This document shows positions 40,530 through 49,782 of a stretch of 64,000 bases of DNA, piece after piece (positions within the stretch are counted from its first letter, which is position 1; the number at the start of each line of letters is the position of its first letter). Source of the stretch: Candidatus Thermofontivivens primus (GTDB taxonomy: Bacteria; Sysuimicrobiota; Sysuimicrobiia; Sysuimicrobiales; Thermofontiviventaceae). The stretch is taken from assembly GCA_031458695.1 (NCBI GenBank), contig JAVKJW010000010.1, positions 10,487 to 74,486 of the forward strand. The letters are read 5' to 3'. Below the pieces are notes generated by a model, which ran no database searches, had not been told where the DNA came from, and saw nothing but the letters and a program-made list of their open reading frames with translations. The position numbers were made by a program, and so were the translations under genes.

Positions 40530-42326
40530 ATGAGCGAGGTACGCGTGAATGACCTTAGCGTGCGGATCGGCGGGCAGGCAGGAGATGGGAGCCTAACTAC
40601 AGGGGATCTCCTGGCAAAGGCCCTCAAGCGCATGGGGCTCTGGGTAATCGCCCTCAAGGACTTCCCCTCCCGGATCCGTGGGGGCCATACGAACTACACC
40701 ATCCGGGCAAAAGATGCACCTATCTGGGGACCTGGGAATGCCCTCGACTTCCTCCTCGCCTTCGACATGGAATCGGTAGAGATCCATAGTGGGGAGATCC
40801 AGCCAGGAGGGGTCGTGATCTACGACAACTCCCGGGGTGAGCAGGTTCCAGATTCCCTCCACGCCAAAGGAGTTCACTACCTCGGAGTCCCGTTGAGCAA
40901 CATCGCCCGTTCCGAGCTCGGCTTGGAGTTGATGAAGAATACGGTGGCCCTTGGTGTCCTTGCGGAGCTCCTCTCTTTGGACGATACCATCTTCCATGAC
41001 ATCCTCGCTTCCACCTATGGGCGCAAGGGGCCAACGGTGGTGGAGAAGAACAAGCGTGCCTTTGACCTAGGCCGGAGACAGGCCGCACAGGCTCCCAAGC
41101 CGCCCTACCGGATCACCGGAAATGGGGAGAACCCCAAACGCCTGCTCATCACAGGCGATGAGGCTATTGGGTACGGCGCACTCGCCGCCGGCTGTCGGTT
41201 CCTCGCTGCCTACCCCATCACGCCAGCCACGGACATCCTAGAGTGGATGGCCAAATACCTCCCCAAGTACAACGGGGTAGTGATTCAGGCAGAAGACGAG
41301 CTGGCTGCGATCAATATGGCCATCGGCGCTGCCCATGCTGGGGCACGCGCGATGACCTCTACCTCTGGTCCCGGGTTCTCCCTCATGACCGAGGCTATGG
41401 CCCTGGCCGGGATGGTGGAGGTTCCGGTGGTCATTGTGGACTGCCAGCGCCCAGGGCCCAGCACGGGCCTCCCGACGAAGACGGAGCAGGGAGACCTCAA
41501 CCATGCGATCTTCGGGGCCCATGGCGATTTCCCCCGTATCGTCCTCTCCCCTGCCAACGCAGAGGAGGCATTCTACCTCATCGCTGAGGCATTCAACCTG
41601 GCCGAGCGTTTCCAGTGCCCTGTGATCTTTCTCACCGAGCAGTTGGTAGCCATGAGCAAGCAGACGATCCCGCCCCTCGACCTCTCAAGGATCACTATCG
41701 ATAGGGGAAAGCTCGTCCGCGAGCCGGTCCAGAACAACGAGGAGTGGCCGTTCCGAAGGTTCGCCATCACCGAAGAAGGAATCTCCCCGCGGCCCATTCC
41801 CTCTGTCCCTGGCGGGATGTTCATCGCAAAAGGTTCTGAACACCTGGAGAGTGGGGCCTACAGCGAAAGCCCCAAAAACCGGACCCTGATGACCCTCAAG
41901 CGCATGCGCAAGCTGGAGCGGGCGAAGGAAGCTGTGCCTCCTCCGGTCCTCACTGGCGACCCCACAGCGCGCGTGGGGATCATTGGATTCGGTGGCACCT
42001 ACGGTCCTATCCTCGAGGCCATGGAGATGCTTGCAAAAGAGGGGATTACGACAAAGTACCTTCGCCTGCGGACCCTTTGGCCGTTCCCTGCTGAGGAGAT
42101 ACGCAGGTTTGTGCAGGAATCAGAGATTGTGTTCGTGGTGGAGCAGAATGCTACAGGGCAACTGCGCGGTCTGGTCGAACGGTGTGTAGGCCCTCAGGAG
42201 AAAGTGGAAAGCCTCCTCAAGTTCGACGGCCAGCCGTTTAAGCCTTTAGAGATTGCCACACGGATCGACGCCCTGCTTGTGGGACCCGAGCGCGTCCCTG
42301 CCAGGGCGAATCGTGCAAGGAGGTAA
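40530..42326 (+). CDS. korA: 2-oxoacid:ferredoxin oxidoreductase, alpha subunit (gamma-alpha fusion)
   Basis: Motifs GGQAGDG, SRIRGG, YPITPA, EDE, TSGPG and RPGPSTGLPT. Substrate is not determinable from sequence. Confidence 0.9.
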   Translation: MSEVRVNDLSVRIGGQAGDGSLTTGDLLAKALKRMGLWVIALKDFPSRIRGGHTNYTIRAKDAPIWGPGNALDFLLAFDMESVEIHSGEIQPGGVVIYDNSRGEQVPDSLHAKGVHYLGVPLSNIARSELGLELMKNTVALGVLAELLSLDDTIFHDILASTYGRKGPTVVEKNKRAFDLGRRQAAQAPKPPYRITGNGENPKRLLITGDEAIGYGALAAGCRFLAAYPITPATDILEWMAKYLPKYNGVVIQAEDELAAINMAIGAAHAGARAMTSTSGPGFSLMTEAMALAGMVEVPVVIVDCQRPGPSTGLPTKTEQGDLNHAIFGAHGDFPRIVLSPANAEEAFYLIAEAFNLAERFQCPVIFLTEQLVAMSKQTIPPLDLSRITIDRGKLVREPVQNNEEWPFRRFAITEEGISPRPIPSVPGGMFIAKGSEHLESGAYSESPKNRTLMTLKRMRKLERAKEAVPPPVLTGDPTARVGIIGFGGTYGPILEAMEMLAKEGITTKYLRLRTLWPFPAEEIRRFVQESEIVFVVEQNATGQLRGLVERCVGPQEKVESLLKFDGQPFKPLEIATRIDALLVGPERVPARANRARR

Positions 42327-42330
42327 AGGG

Positions 42331-43212
42331 ATGGCCACGGTCATAAAGGCCCAGAGAAACCCAAAGGATTACGAAGGGCTCAAGCCCGTCTGGTGCCCGG
42401 GGTGTGGAGACTTCGGGGTCCTGAATGCCCTGAAGAAGGTCTTAGCCGATCTGAACATTGACCCCAAGGACATCGCCCTGGTCACGGGCATCGGATGTTC
42501 CAGTCAGATCAGCAGCTTCCTCAAGGCGTATGCTTTCCACGGCGTCCATGGCAGGCTCCTCCCTGTGGCCACAGCCATCAAGCTCATGAACCCGCACCTG
42601 ACGGTGATTGGAGCTGGTGGAGATGGCGACGGATACGCCATTGGCTTGAGCCATTTTCTCCATGCCGTTCGCCGGAATGTGGACATCACCTACATTGTTA
42701 TGAACAACCAGGTCTATGGCTTGACCAAGGGGCAAGCGTCCCCTACCGCAGCATTCGGTTTTGTCACTACCTCTACCCCGCAGGGGACACGGGAGCGAGA
42801 CGTTGATGGGGTAAAACTCGCCCTCGCTGCAGGGGCCACGTTTGTCGCACGAGGCTTCTCCGGAGACGTTCCCCAACTCGTCAGGCTCTTCAAAGAAGCG
42901 CTCCAGCACCCCGGGTTTGCCCTCGTCGATGTCCTCAGCCCGTGCGTCACCTACAACAGGGTGAACACATATGATTGGTTCCGGGAGAATATCCTCAACC
43001 TCGACGAGGACCCGGAATATGACCCGACAGACCGTGTCAAAGTCCTGACGAAGATCATGACGCTTGATCGGATCCCCACGGGTCTGATCTTCAAGGATCC
43101 CTCGAGCAAACCGTACTCCAGGTTGCTCTTGAAGGATCCAGACAACCCGCCTGCGCTTGAGGAACTCAGGGTACGTCCTGAGCTTGCCGAGCTGCAGGAA
43201 CAGTTCGTATAG
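42331..43212 (+). CDS. korB: 2-oxoacid:ferredoxin oxidoreductase, beta subunit
   Basis: Motifs WCPGCG, GIGCS, HGR, GDGD (TPP-binding), NNQVYGLTKGQ and SPCVTYN. Confidence 0.9.
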   Translation: MATVIKAQRNPKDYEGLKPVWCPGCGDFGVLNALKKVLADLNIDPKDIALVTGIGCSSQISSFLKAYAFHGVHGRLLPVATAIKLMNPHLTVIGAGGDGDGYAIGLSHFLHAVRRNVDITYIVMNNQVYGLTKGQASPTAAFGFVTTSTPQGTRERDVDGVKLALAAGATFVARGFSGDVPQLVRLFKEALQHPGFALVDVLSPCVTYNRVNTYDWFRENILNLDEDPEYDPTDRVKVLTKIMTLDRIPTGLIFKDPSSKPYSRLLLKDPDNPPALEELRVRPELAELQEQFV

Positions 43213-43215
43213 GCG

Positions 43216-43489
43216 TGCGGCCGTGCTAGGCGGGGAGCTAGCGGTTCCCTGTACCCGAAATCCGCTCTACGCGGGGCCGAACTCCCGCTCGAGGCCCTCT
43301 CCTGTGAGGCAGGCCCTCTCTGGAAGGCGAGGAGGGCTGGGCCCTGCGCGATGGAAGCCGACAAACCCCGCCAGGCCCGGAAGGGAGCAACGGTACGTCG
43401 GTACTTCCACTGCCGTGGGGGGACCTGGTCGGAGCCGGCCAGGAGGATACCGCTCGTAGGGGCTGGTCGACAGCGGGTGCACGGCCGCA
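43216..43489 (+). ncRNA. ffs: Large (Alu-domain, Bacillus scRNA-type) signal recognition particle RNA
   Basis: Terminal helix TGCGGCCGTGC/GCACGGCCGCA. 5' GCCGTGCTAGGCGGGGAG.TAGCGGT.CCCTGTACC as in B. subtilis scRNA. Helix 8 CAGGCCCGGAAGGGAGCA. Confidence 0.93.
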
Positions 43490-43503
43490 GCGGTCAACTG
43501 GTC

Positions 43504-45048
43504 CTACCCGGACGCGCCTCGCGCGGTGACCACAGCGGAGATCTCTGTCTCCCCCACCGCTTCAAGAACACCAGGTTCCTTGAGAATCTTGATGAGCCGT
43601 TCGAACTCCTCCTCGAGATTCGTGGGGATATTGCTCAAGTTGACGATCTCCTTGATCTTCCGGTGGTTGAGCTTGTCCAAAAGAGAGGGAGAGACTCCCA
43701 GGAGAGCTGCATACCCCCTGCTTGCCTTGCAAAGATATTCTGCCTTCGTTCGGTCAAACTCTGGGATCCTCCCGGTCAGCTCCTCGGGCTCCATCCGCCC
43801 AAGCTGCCAGATGGAGATGATCCTGGCCTCCTCCAGGAGCTCTTCTTCGTGCGACTTCAGGTTCAGGAGCCTCTGCATGGTGGCAAAGTTCTGGCGGTAA
43901 GCTTTGGCCATGGACCGCCAGTGGAGGAGCTGGTCCCTGTCCAGGACAATCTCCTCCGCGATGCGGCTGAGATCCTCGTCGCTCAATTCTTCCAAGTCCT
44001 GTACTGTAGAGATCCCTTTCCTCCCAAGGTCCTCTGCAAGCTCGACGGTCATGCCTAGCTTCTTCACCAGCTCGTTTGGTTGTTCTCGCATCTCCAGCTC
44101 TTCCTGGAGGGGGCGTGGGAGGAGCCGGGCGCCTCGCTCGTTGATCCAGTTCAAGATCGGCTTCATGTAGGCACCAGTAAAGAATGCCAGGAAAACCTCC
44201 ACGGTGGTAAGGCCAACGCCAGGCTGGACACTGAGAACCTCCTCCAGCGCTGCTTTCACGAGGAGAAGGTTGGCGATGACCGCCACATAGGGTGCCAGGA
44301 GGACCCGGTGCGCTACTGCCATAAGGGACTTCCGGTAGGCCATGCGACCATGAGGATCTCCAAAATGTTCCACGATGCTCGTGGTGGCATAGAGGAGAAC
44401 GCCGATAAAGGCAAAGATGGGGACGAGTAGGGAGATCTCCACGTCCGGGTGGAAAAATTGCAGAGTGCTCACGCCGCTCCTGAGCCACGTGTACAGGAAC
44501 GCCACGAACACCCCGACCCAGCTCAACACGCTGGTGATGGAGTACAGGTGAGTGACCCACGGAGCCGCTCCCCAGATACGGAAGAAGACCCAAATCACAA
44601 TGCCTGCGAGGGCCGGAAGGAGGAAAATGAATACCATGACATCGGAGCTCGGAGGGAGTACGGCGAAGATTTGCAACTGGGTGGTTCCCTCGCCAATGGG
44701 AACAACCTGGGACCTAGGACGGTAGCCAGGAGCAGAGAAGTCGACCCTCAGTTGATCTCCTGAAACCATGAAGCGAAACCGGCCCCGGTTGTCGCTTGCC
44801 GTTGTCTTCCGATCCCCTCCAAGGCGGTCTGCATAGGTAATGGTGGCTCGTGAGATTGGTTGCCCTTGCGTGTTCACCACCTGCCCCTCGACCTGGACGA
44901 GAGGAGTAGCGACCACAGGGGTGCCCGGTTGAGCGTAGGCCAACTGAGCTAGGATCACGATGGCAACGGAGAGGAGGAATCCCTTCAGCCACGCTTTCCC
45001 TGTGCCCGCTCCTTTCCTCTTACCCTTTCTCGGGTATCTCGTACGCAT
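43504..45048 (-). CDS. Hypothetical membrane protein: signal peptide, carboxypeptidase-regulatory-like domain, about 5 TM segments, C-terminal HhH-like repeats
   Basis: ATG 45048 follows GGAGGTG. Contains VEGQVVNTQGQPISRATI...SDNRGRF...SAPGY, five hydrophobic segments, and repeats LGRKGISTVQDL and LEEARIISIWQL. Confidence 0.75.
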   Translation of the reverse strand: MRTRYPRKGKRKGAGTGKAWLKGFLLSVAIVILAQLAYAQPGTPVVATPLVQVEGQVVNTQGQPISRATITYADRLGGDRKTTASDNRGRFRFMVSGDQLRVDFSAPGYRPRSQVVPIGEGTTQLQIFAVLPPSSDVMVFIFLLPALAGIVIWVFFRIWGAAPWVTHLYSITSVLSWVGVFVAFLYTWLRSGVSTLQFFHPDVEISLLVPIFAFIGVLLYATTSIVEHFGDPHGRMAYRKSLMAVAHRVLLAPYVAVIANLLLVKAALEEVLSVQPGVGLTTVEVFLAFFTGAYMKPILNWINERGARLLPRPLQEELEMREQPNELVKKLGMTVELAEDLGRKGISTVQDLEELSDEDLSRIAEEIVLDRDQLLHWRSMAKAYRQNFATMQRLLNLKSHEEELLEEARIISIWQLGRMEPEELTGRIPEFDRTKAEYLCKASRGYAALLGVSPSLLDKLNHRKIKEIVNLSNIPTNLEEEFERLIKILKEPGVLEAVGETEISAVVTARGASG

Positions 45049-45110
45049 TTTCTTCACCTCCCGCCTCCTTGCAGAGTATATTTTTACCTCATCAGAAAAC
45101 TCCTCCCCCT

Positions 45111-46109
45111 TCAGAAGGGACGATGAAAGAGATAAACGCTGAGAATGGCGACGGCGTTGTTGAGAGCATGCACGGCCATGGGAGAAAGCAATCCCCTCGT
45201 GAACTCCCGGAGGTAGCCAAGGATCCCTCCCAAGACCAGGACGGGGAGGAAATGGACGATCTGTTGGTGAACGAGGGCGAAGAAGAGCGCGCTGGCCCAT
45301 ACTGCAACGTGCCGATCCCAACGCGCGCGAAGCCATCCAAAGACTAGTCCTCTGAAGAAGGTCTCCTCTCCCATTGGAACAACGACGAGAAGGAGCAAGA
45401 AGAGCCAGATCAGCTCAATGTAGCTCACGGGACGGGTGAGGAGGGTCAAGATGGGATCCCTGCTGTGTTCACTCTGTGCCATCTCCAAAACCCGTTCGCG
45501 CCCAAGGAAGAGGCCGATCCCCCGGATCACCGCTTCCTCTGCGAGGATCGACAGACCAAGGGCCATTGCACCGATGCACACCCCGAGAAGGAGATCTCGC
45601 TGCCACGACGACCACCGCCATCCCAACACGTCCGGAGTAAGACGGTACCGCCGTTGGACCACGTGGAGAGAGAGGAAAACGAAGAAGGCATTCTGCACTA
45701 CCACATATGCTGAAAGCGGGAGGAGGCCAGAGGCAGGCAGGGTCCCAGCCATGCCTGCGAGAAGCGGTAACGTCATCGAGAACATCGCCGTGATCCCAAC
45801 GATCTCCCCAATGCCCCAAGCGCGCGGGGGAGGTTCAAAATCCCGGGGGAACCCGCAGTGCAGGCAATATGCTCGATGGGCCAGGGTGGGACGGTTGCAG
45901 GACGGGCAGGGCGCAAGGACTCCAACAGGGCGCCCCCAGAGGAGATACAGGGGGAGGATGATGGGCAGAGCGAGAAATACCCCGATCGCCCACAACAAAG
46001 CTCGGTTGGCGAGAGGATTCCTACTCCCGAGCCCGCGGTTCCCCGCATCGAGGAGAACCCACAGGGACGCAATCCCTGACAGAACAATGACAGCGAGAGA
46101 ACCCCACAA
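45111..46109 (-). CDS. CPBP (CAAX protease II/Abi) intramembrane metalloprotease with N-terminal TM hairpin and Zn ribbon
   Basis: Motifs GEETFFRG, FALVH and VHALNN, plus CPSC-x10-CLHC. TTG start at 46109 follows AGGAGG. Confidence 0.85.
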   Translation of the reverse strand: MWGSLAVIVLSGIASLWVLLDAGNRGLGSRNPLANRALLWAIGVFLALPIILPLYLLWGRPVGVLAPCPSCNRPTLAHRAYCLHCGFPRDFEPPPRAWGIGEIVGITAMFSMTLPLLAGMAGTLPASGLLPLSAYVVVQNAFFVFLSLHVVQRRYRLTPDVLGWRWSSWQRDLLLGVCIGAMALGLSILAEEAVIRGIGLFLGRERVLEMAQSEHSRDPILTLLTRPVSYIELIWLFLLLLVVVPMGEETFFRGLVFGWLRARWDRHVAVWASALFFALVHQQIVHFLPVLVLGGILGYLREFTRGLLSPMAVHALNNAVAILSVYLFHRPF

Positions 46110-46312
46110 AGGAACCTCCTGTGGGCCCAGGAAATTCTCTTCAAAAGATTTCGCCAGAGGGATTTCCTTCACCCTCTTGTCCATATCCGCAGGAAAGCCT
46201 CCCTCCATCACCGAATCTACCTCCAAGAGGGATGACATGCTCCTTGTCCCTCGATGCGTGGGGAGCGACTTTACAGCCGGCATTACCTATAAGATTCCGT
46301 GGAGGTGACCTG

Positions 46313-48061
46313 GTGACGTTCGTTTCCCTCTATCGCAAGTGGCGCCCGCAGAGATTTGAAGAGGTCGTGGGGCAGGAACGGGTGATCCGCACCCTCCAGA
46401 ACGCCCTGCGGGCGAACCGCATCGTCCATGCCTACCTCTTCGCCGGCCACCGGGGAACGGGCAAAACCACAACCGCAAGGTTGCTGGCCAAAGCACTGAA
46501 TTGCCAGCAGGGGCCCACGCCAGAACCATGCAATGCCTGCCCGAATTGCCAAGCGATCAGTGGCGGGTATGCTGTGGATGTCATTGAGATCGATGCAGCG
46601 AGCAACCGGGGCATCGACGAGATCCGCGAGCTGCGAGAGCGCGTCCGCCTTGCCCCCGCAGAGGGAAGGTACAAGGTCTATATCATCGATGAGGCACACA
46701 TGATGACACAAGAAGCATGCAACGCCTTCTTGAAAACCCTGGAGGAACCTCCTGCGCACGCGGTGTTCATCCTCGTCACCACAGAGCCTCATCGTCTCCC
46801 CCCCACGATCCTCTCCCGCACGCAACGATTTGACTTCCGGCGTGTCCCAGGGAGGGAGATCGTAAGCCGGCTCCAGCGCATCGCCCGGGAGGAAGGACTT
46901 TCTGTAGAGGAGGATGCACTCTTCCTCATCGCCCGCATGAGCGATGGCTCCGTTCGCGATGCAGAAAGCATCCTGGACCAGCTTGCCACCTTTGCGCAGG
47001 GAAGGATCACTCGAGAGGATGTCGTCACCCTCCTTGGTCTCGTCGAGGAAGAGATCGCCCACCAAGCGACGGAGATCGTAATTTCCCAGGACCCCGTTCA
47101 GGCACTCCGTTTGGCATCCCGGATCGTCGATGAGGGAAAGGAGATTCGCCAAGTCCTTCGTTTCCTATTGGAGCATTTCCGTGACCTCCTCATCGTGAAG
47201 GCCTGCCCCAACCCTGCAGAACTCCTTGACCACCAAGAAGCACACATTGCCACTCTTCGCGACGAGGCAACACGGCTCTCCCTGGAGCAGATCCTGCGCG
47301 CGCTCAAGATCCTTGCCAGGAGCGAGTCTGAATCGCGTTTCCATCCCCAACTGCGGCTTCTTTTGGAGTTGACCCTTCTCCGTCTCGCGGGGCTCGATCA
47401 AGAATCTCCGAGCGACCTGGCCCGCAGGGTGGAAGCGCTCGAGCAGAAGGCTGGCGTCCATCCTCCGGGTGCTCAGCCCGTGGGAAAGTTTTCCCGTGCG
47501 CAATCCCGCCAATCCCCCAGAGGGAGCGGGAAGGGGCAGACTATGAATCCCGAGCCCCAAGCGCAGAAAGAGGAGCGGGCAGAGCGTGCTCCGGAGGAAA
47601 CGAACTTCGATCCCCCAAGTGTGCCGCGCTCTCCCAACGGGCCTCAAGAGAGGGATGAGGACTTGTTTGCCACCGTGGCCAGCCATTGGTCCCGAATCCT
47701 TGATGCCATCAAGCGGAAGAAGATGTTCTGCCACGCTCTCCTTATCGATGCGGAGTTGCTCAAGGTCGAAAACGGGACTCTCCTCGTCGGGCTTCGGCCC
47801 GGATACAACTTCCATCTCGAGCACCTCCAAACGGAGGAGAACCGGACCATTGTGGAGGAGGCGATCGCACAGGTCGTGGGCACGCCCCTGCGCCTCCACT
47901 GTCTGATCACCGACCTCCCTCCTGCTCCCAAAGCCCATGCGGGCTCCCCGGACCCCGATCCCCTCGTATCCAAAGCCATTGCGATGTTTGGGGGTAGAAT
48001 CGTGGGGACGCGGGGATCTCCAGAGGCTAAGAAGAATATCGAAGGGGAGTGGAACCCGTGA
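46313..48061 (+). CDS. dnaX: DNA polymerase III subunit gamma/tau
   Basis: Motifs LYRKWRPQRF, GHRGTGKTT, Zn cysteines, EIDAASN, IDEAHM and LKTLEEPP. GTG follows GGAGGTG. Confidence 0.96.
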   Translation: MTFVSLYRKWRPQRFEEVVGQERVIRTLQNALRANRIVHAYLFAGHRGTGKTTTARLLAKALNCQQGPTPEPCNACPNCQAISGGYAVDVIEIDAASNRGIDEIRELRERVRLAPAEGRYKVYIIDEAHMMTQEACNAFLKTLEEPPAHAVFILVTTEPHRLPPTILSRTQRFDFRRVPGREIVSRLQRIAREEGLSVEEDALFLIARMSDGSVRDAESILDQLATFAQGRITREDVVTLLGLVEEEIAHQATEIVISQDPVQALRLASRIVDEGKEIRQVLRFLLEHFRDLLIVKACPNPAELLDHQEAHIATLRDEATRLSLEQILRALKILARSESESRFHPQLRLLLELTLLRLAGLDQESPSDLARRVEALEQKAGVHPPGAQPVGKFSRAQSRQSPRGSGKGQTMNPEPQAQKEERAERAPEETNFDPPSVPRSPNGPQERDEDLFATVASHWSRILDAIKRKKMFCHALLIDAELLKVENGTLLVGLRPGYNFHLEHLQTEENRTIVEEAIAQVVGTPLRLHCLITDLPPAPKAHAGSPDPDPLVSKAIAMFGGRIVGTRGSPEAKKNIEGEWNP

Positions 48062-48366
48062 TGAACATGCAGAAGATGCTGAAACAGCTCCAGAAGGTCC
48101 AAGAGGCCATCGTCCGGGTCCAGGAAGAGCTCAAGGAGGAGCGTGTGGAGGCCACAGCAGGGGGAGGCGCCGTCAAGGTTGTGGCCAATGGACATGGGGA
48201 TCTCCTGCAGCTCCGCATCGATCCTTCCGTGGTCAACCCCGAGGACGTGGAGGTGTTGGAGGACCTGATCGTCGCAGCGGTCAATGAAGCACGGCGGCAG
48301 GCCAGGGAGCTTTCGAGCAAGAAGATGGAGGAAGCAAGCGGGGTCAAACTCCCAGGTCTGTTCTAA
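48061..48366 (+). CDS. ybaB: YbaB/EbfC nucleoid-associated protein
   Basis: MNMQKMLKQ...AGGGAVKV...[11 protein letters not shown]. Lies between dnaX and recR. Confidence 0.93.
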   Translation: MNMQKMLKQLQKVQEAIVRVQEELKEERVEATAGGGAVKVVANGHGDLLQLRIDPSVVNPEDVEVLEDLIVAAVNEARRQARELSSKKMEEASGVKLPGLF

Positions 48367-48485
48367 GTACGCGGCTCGTATGCACCGGAGGGGCAGCCGG
48401 CAAAATCCAAAAGAGTGCGGCGAGGTGCCAAAGCGCCTCACCTCAAGAACAGCTCCAGAAGCGATGGTGTGATGGGATCCTACCT

Positions 48486-49082
48486 ATGCACTACCCGGAA
48501 CCGCTGGCGAAGCTCATCACAGAACTCTCGAAAATGCCCACGGTTGGCCCAAAGACGGCTCAGCGCCTGGCGTTTTACCTTCTGCGTGCGCCCGTGGAGG
48601 AGGTAGAACGCCTGGCACAGGCTATGGTCGAAGCCAGGAAGGAAATTCGCTACTGCTCCACTTGTTTCCACCTCACCGATGTGGATCCCTGTGCCATCTG
48701 CTCAGACCCCTCCCGGGACCGGTCCACAATCTGTGTGGTCGAGGACCCGAAGGACGTGATCGCGATGGAACGCACGCGCGAGTACCGAGGGCTTTACCAC
48801 GTCCTCCACGGAGCCATCTCCCCCTTAGATGGGGTTGGCCCCGATGACCTGAAGATCGGGAACCTCCTCTACCGTCTCTCCACCGGCGAGATCAAAGAGG
48901 TGATCATCGCCACGAACCCTCGGGTGGAAGGAGAAGCCACGGCGATCTACTTGGCGAAGCTCATCAAGCCCATGGGGATCAAGGTCACGCGCATCGCCCA
49001 CGGCCTCCCCGTCGGTGGAGATCTCGAGTACGCCGATGAGGTCACCCTGGCAAAAGCCCTAGAGGGGCGAAGGGAACTCTAA
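48486..49082 (+). CDS. recR: Recombination mediator RecR
   Basis: Motifs [13 protein letters not shown]4 Zn finger, YHVLHG and Toprim EGEATA...GGDLEYAD. Confidence 0.97.
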   Translation: MHYPEPLAKLITELSKMPTVGPKTAQRLAFYLLRAPVEEVERLAQAMVEARKEIRYCSTCFHLTDVDPCAICSDPSRDRSTICVVEDPKDVIAMERTREYRGLYHVLHGAISPLDGVGPDDLKIGNLLYRLSTGEIKEVIIATNPRVEGEATAIYLAKLIKPMGIKVTRIAHGLPVGGDLEYADEVTLAKALEGRREL

Positions 49083-49103
49083 GGCATTCTACCGGGAGGG
49101 GAC

Positions 49104-49126
49104 CCTGCCAAAAGAGTTTTGCCAGG
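49104..49126. repeat. Intergenic hairpin of the GCAA...TTTTGC family
   Basis: CCTGCCAAAA-GAG-TTTTGCCAGG, with one mismatch. Confidence 0.5.
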
Positions 49127-49233
49127 ATACTTCGAATGACCGCAGGCAGTTTCACGGAAGACCGTTCGCATCCTTGGGTTGCGTCACCATGCGGCCCGAA
49201 GTATACTTAGGGAGGGTCAAGGAGCAACGTGCC

Positions 49234-49704
49234 ATGGAGTTCATCAGCCCGACGTACGGGAAACTCAGCTTTGAGCGCATGTTCCGACAGATCGTGCGAT
49301 ACATCCAGGAGGATCCCGATCGCCAGTACCACCTCATTATCGGGACAGACTCCCTCCTGGGAGACGAGACCACATTTGTCACGGCAGTGATCATCCACCG
49401 CCTCGGCCGGGGTGGACGGTACTTCTACCGAAAGTTCCGCAACCGGAAGATCGAGAGCCTGCGCCAGCGCATCCTCTATGAAGCCTCCCTGAGCCTGGAA
49501 GTCGCCAGCCAGATTAGCTCCGAGCTGGCCAAGAACGGGTTTTCCGATCTCCCTGTGGAGATCCACCTAGACGTGGGGAACAACGGAGAGACCAAGAAGA
49601 TCATCCGCGAGGTCGTTGGGATGGTCACTGGCTCCGGCTATGCAGCGGTGATCAAGCCGGAGGCTTACGGAGCGTCCAAGGTCGCCGATAAGCATTCCAA
49701 GTAA
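49234..49704 (+). CDS. YkuK/DUF458 RNase H-like protein
   Basis: Motifs IIGTDS, FVTAVIIHR.GRGG, EIHLDVG and IKPEAYGASKVAD. Confidence 0.88.
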   Translation: MEFISPTYGKLSFERMFRQIVRYIQEDPDRQYHLIIGTDSLLGDETTFVTAVIIHRLGRGGRYFYRKFRNRKIESLRQRILYEASLSLEVASQISSELAKNGFSDLPVEIHLDVGNNGETKKIIREVVGMVTGSGYAAVIKPEAYGASKVADKHSK

Positions 49705-49782
49705 GCTGGACCAGAAAAGGTAGGCCCGGCAGGATCCGATGGGAGATCTCGCCGGCTTCGAGGGGAAGGCTGCCGACGAGGA

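Noticed and set aside
45049..45336. N-terminal extension of the 610-aa minus-strand ORF
   Set aside because: Overlaps the CPBP gene in another frame. ATG 45048 has GGAGGTG and is followed by a signal peptide.
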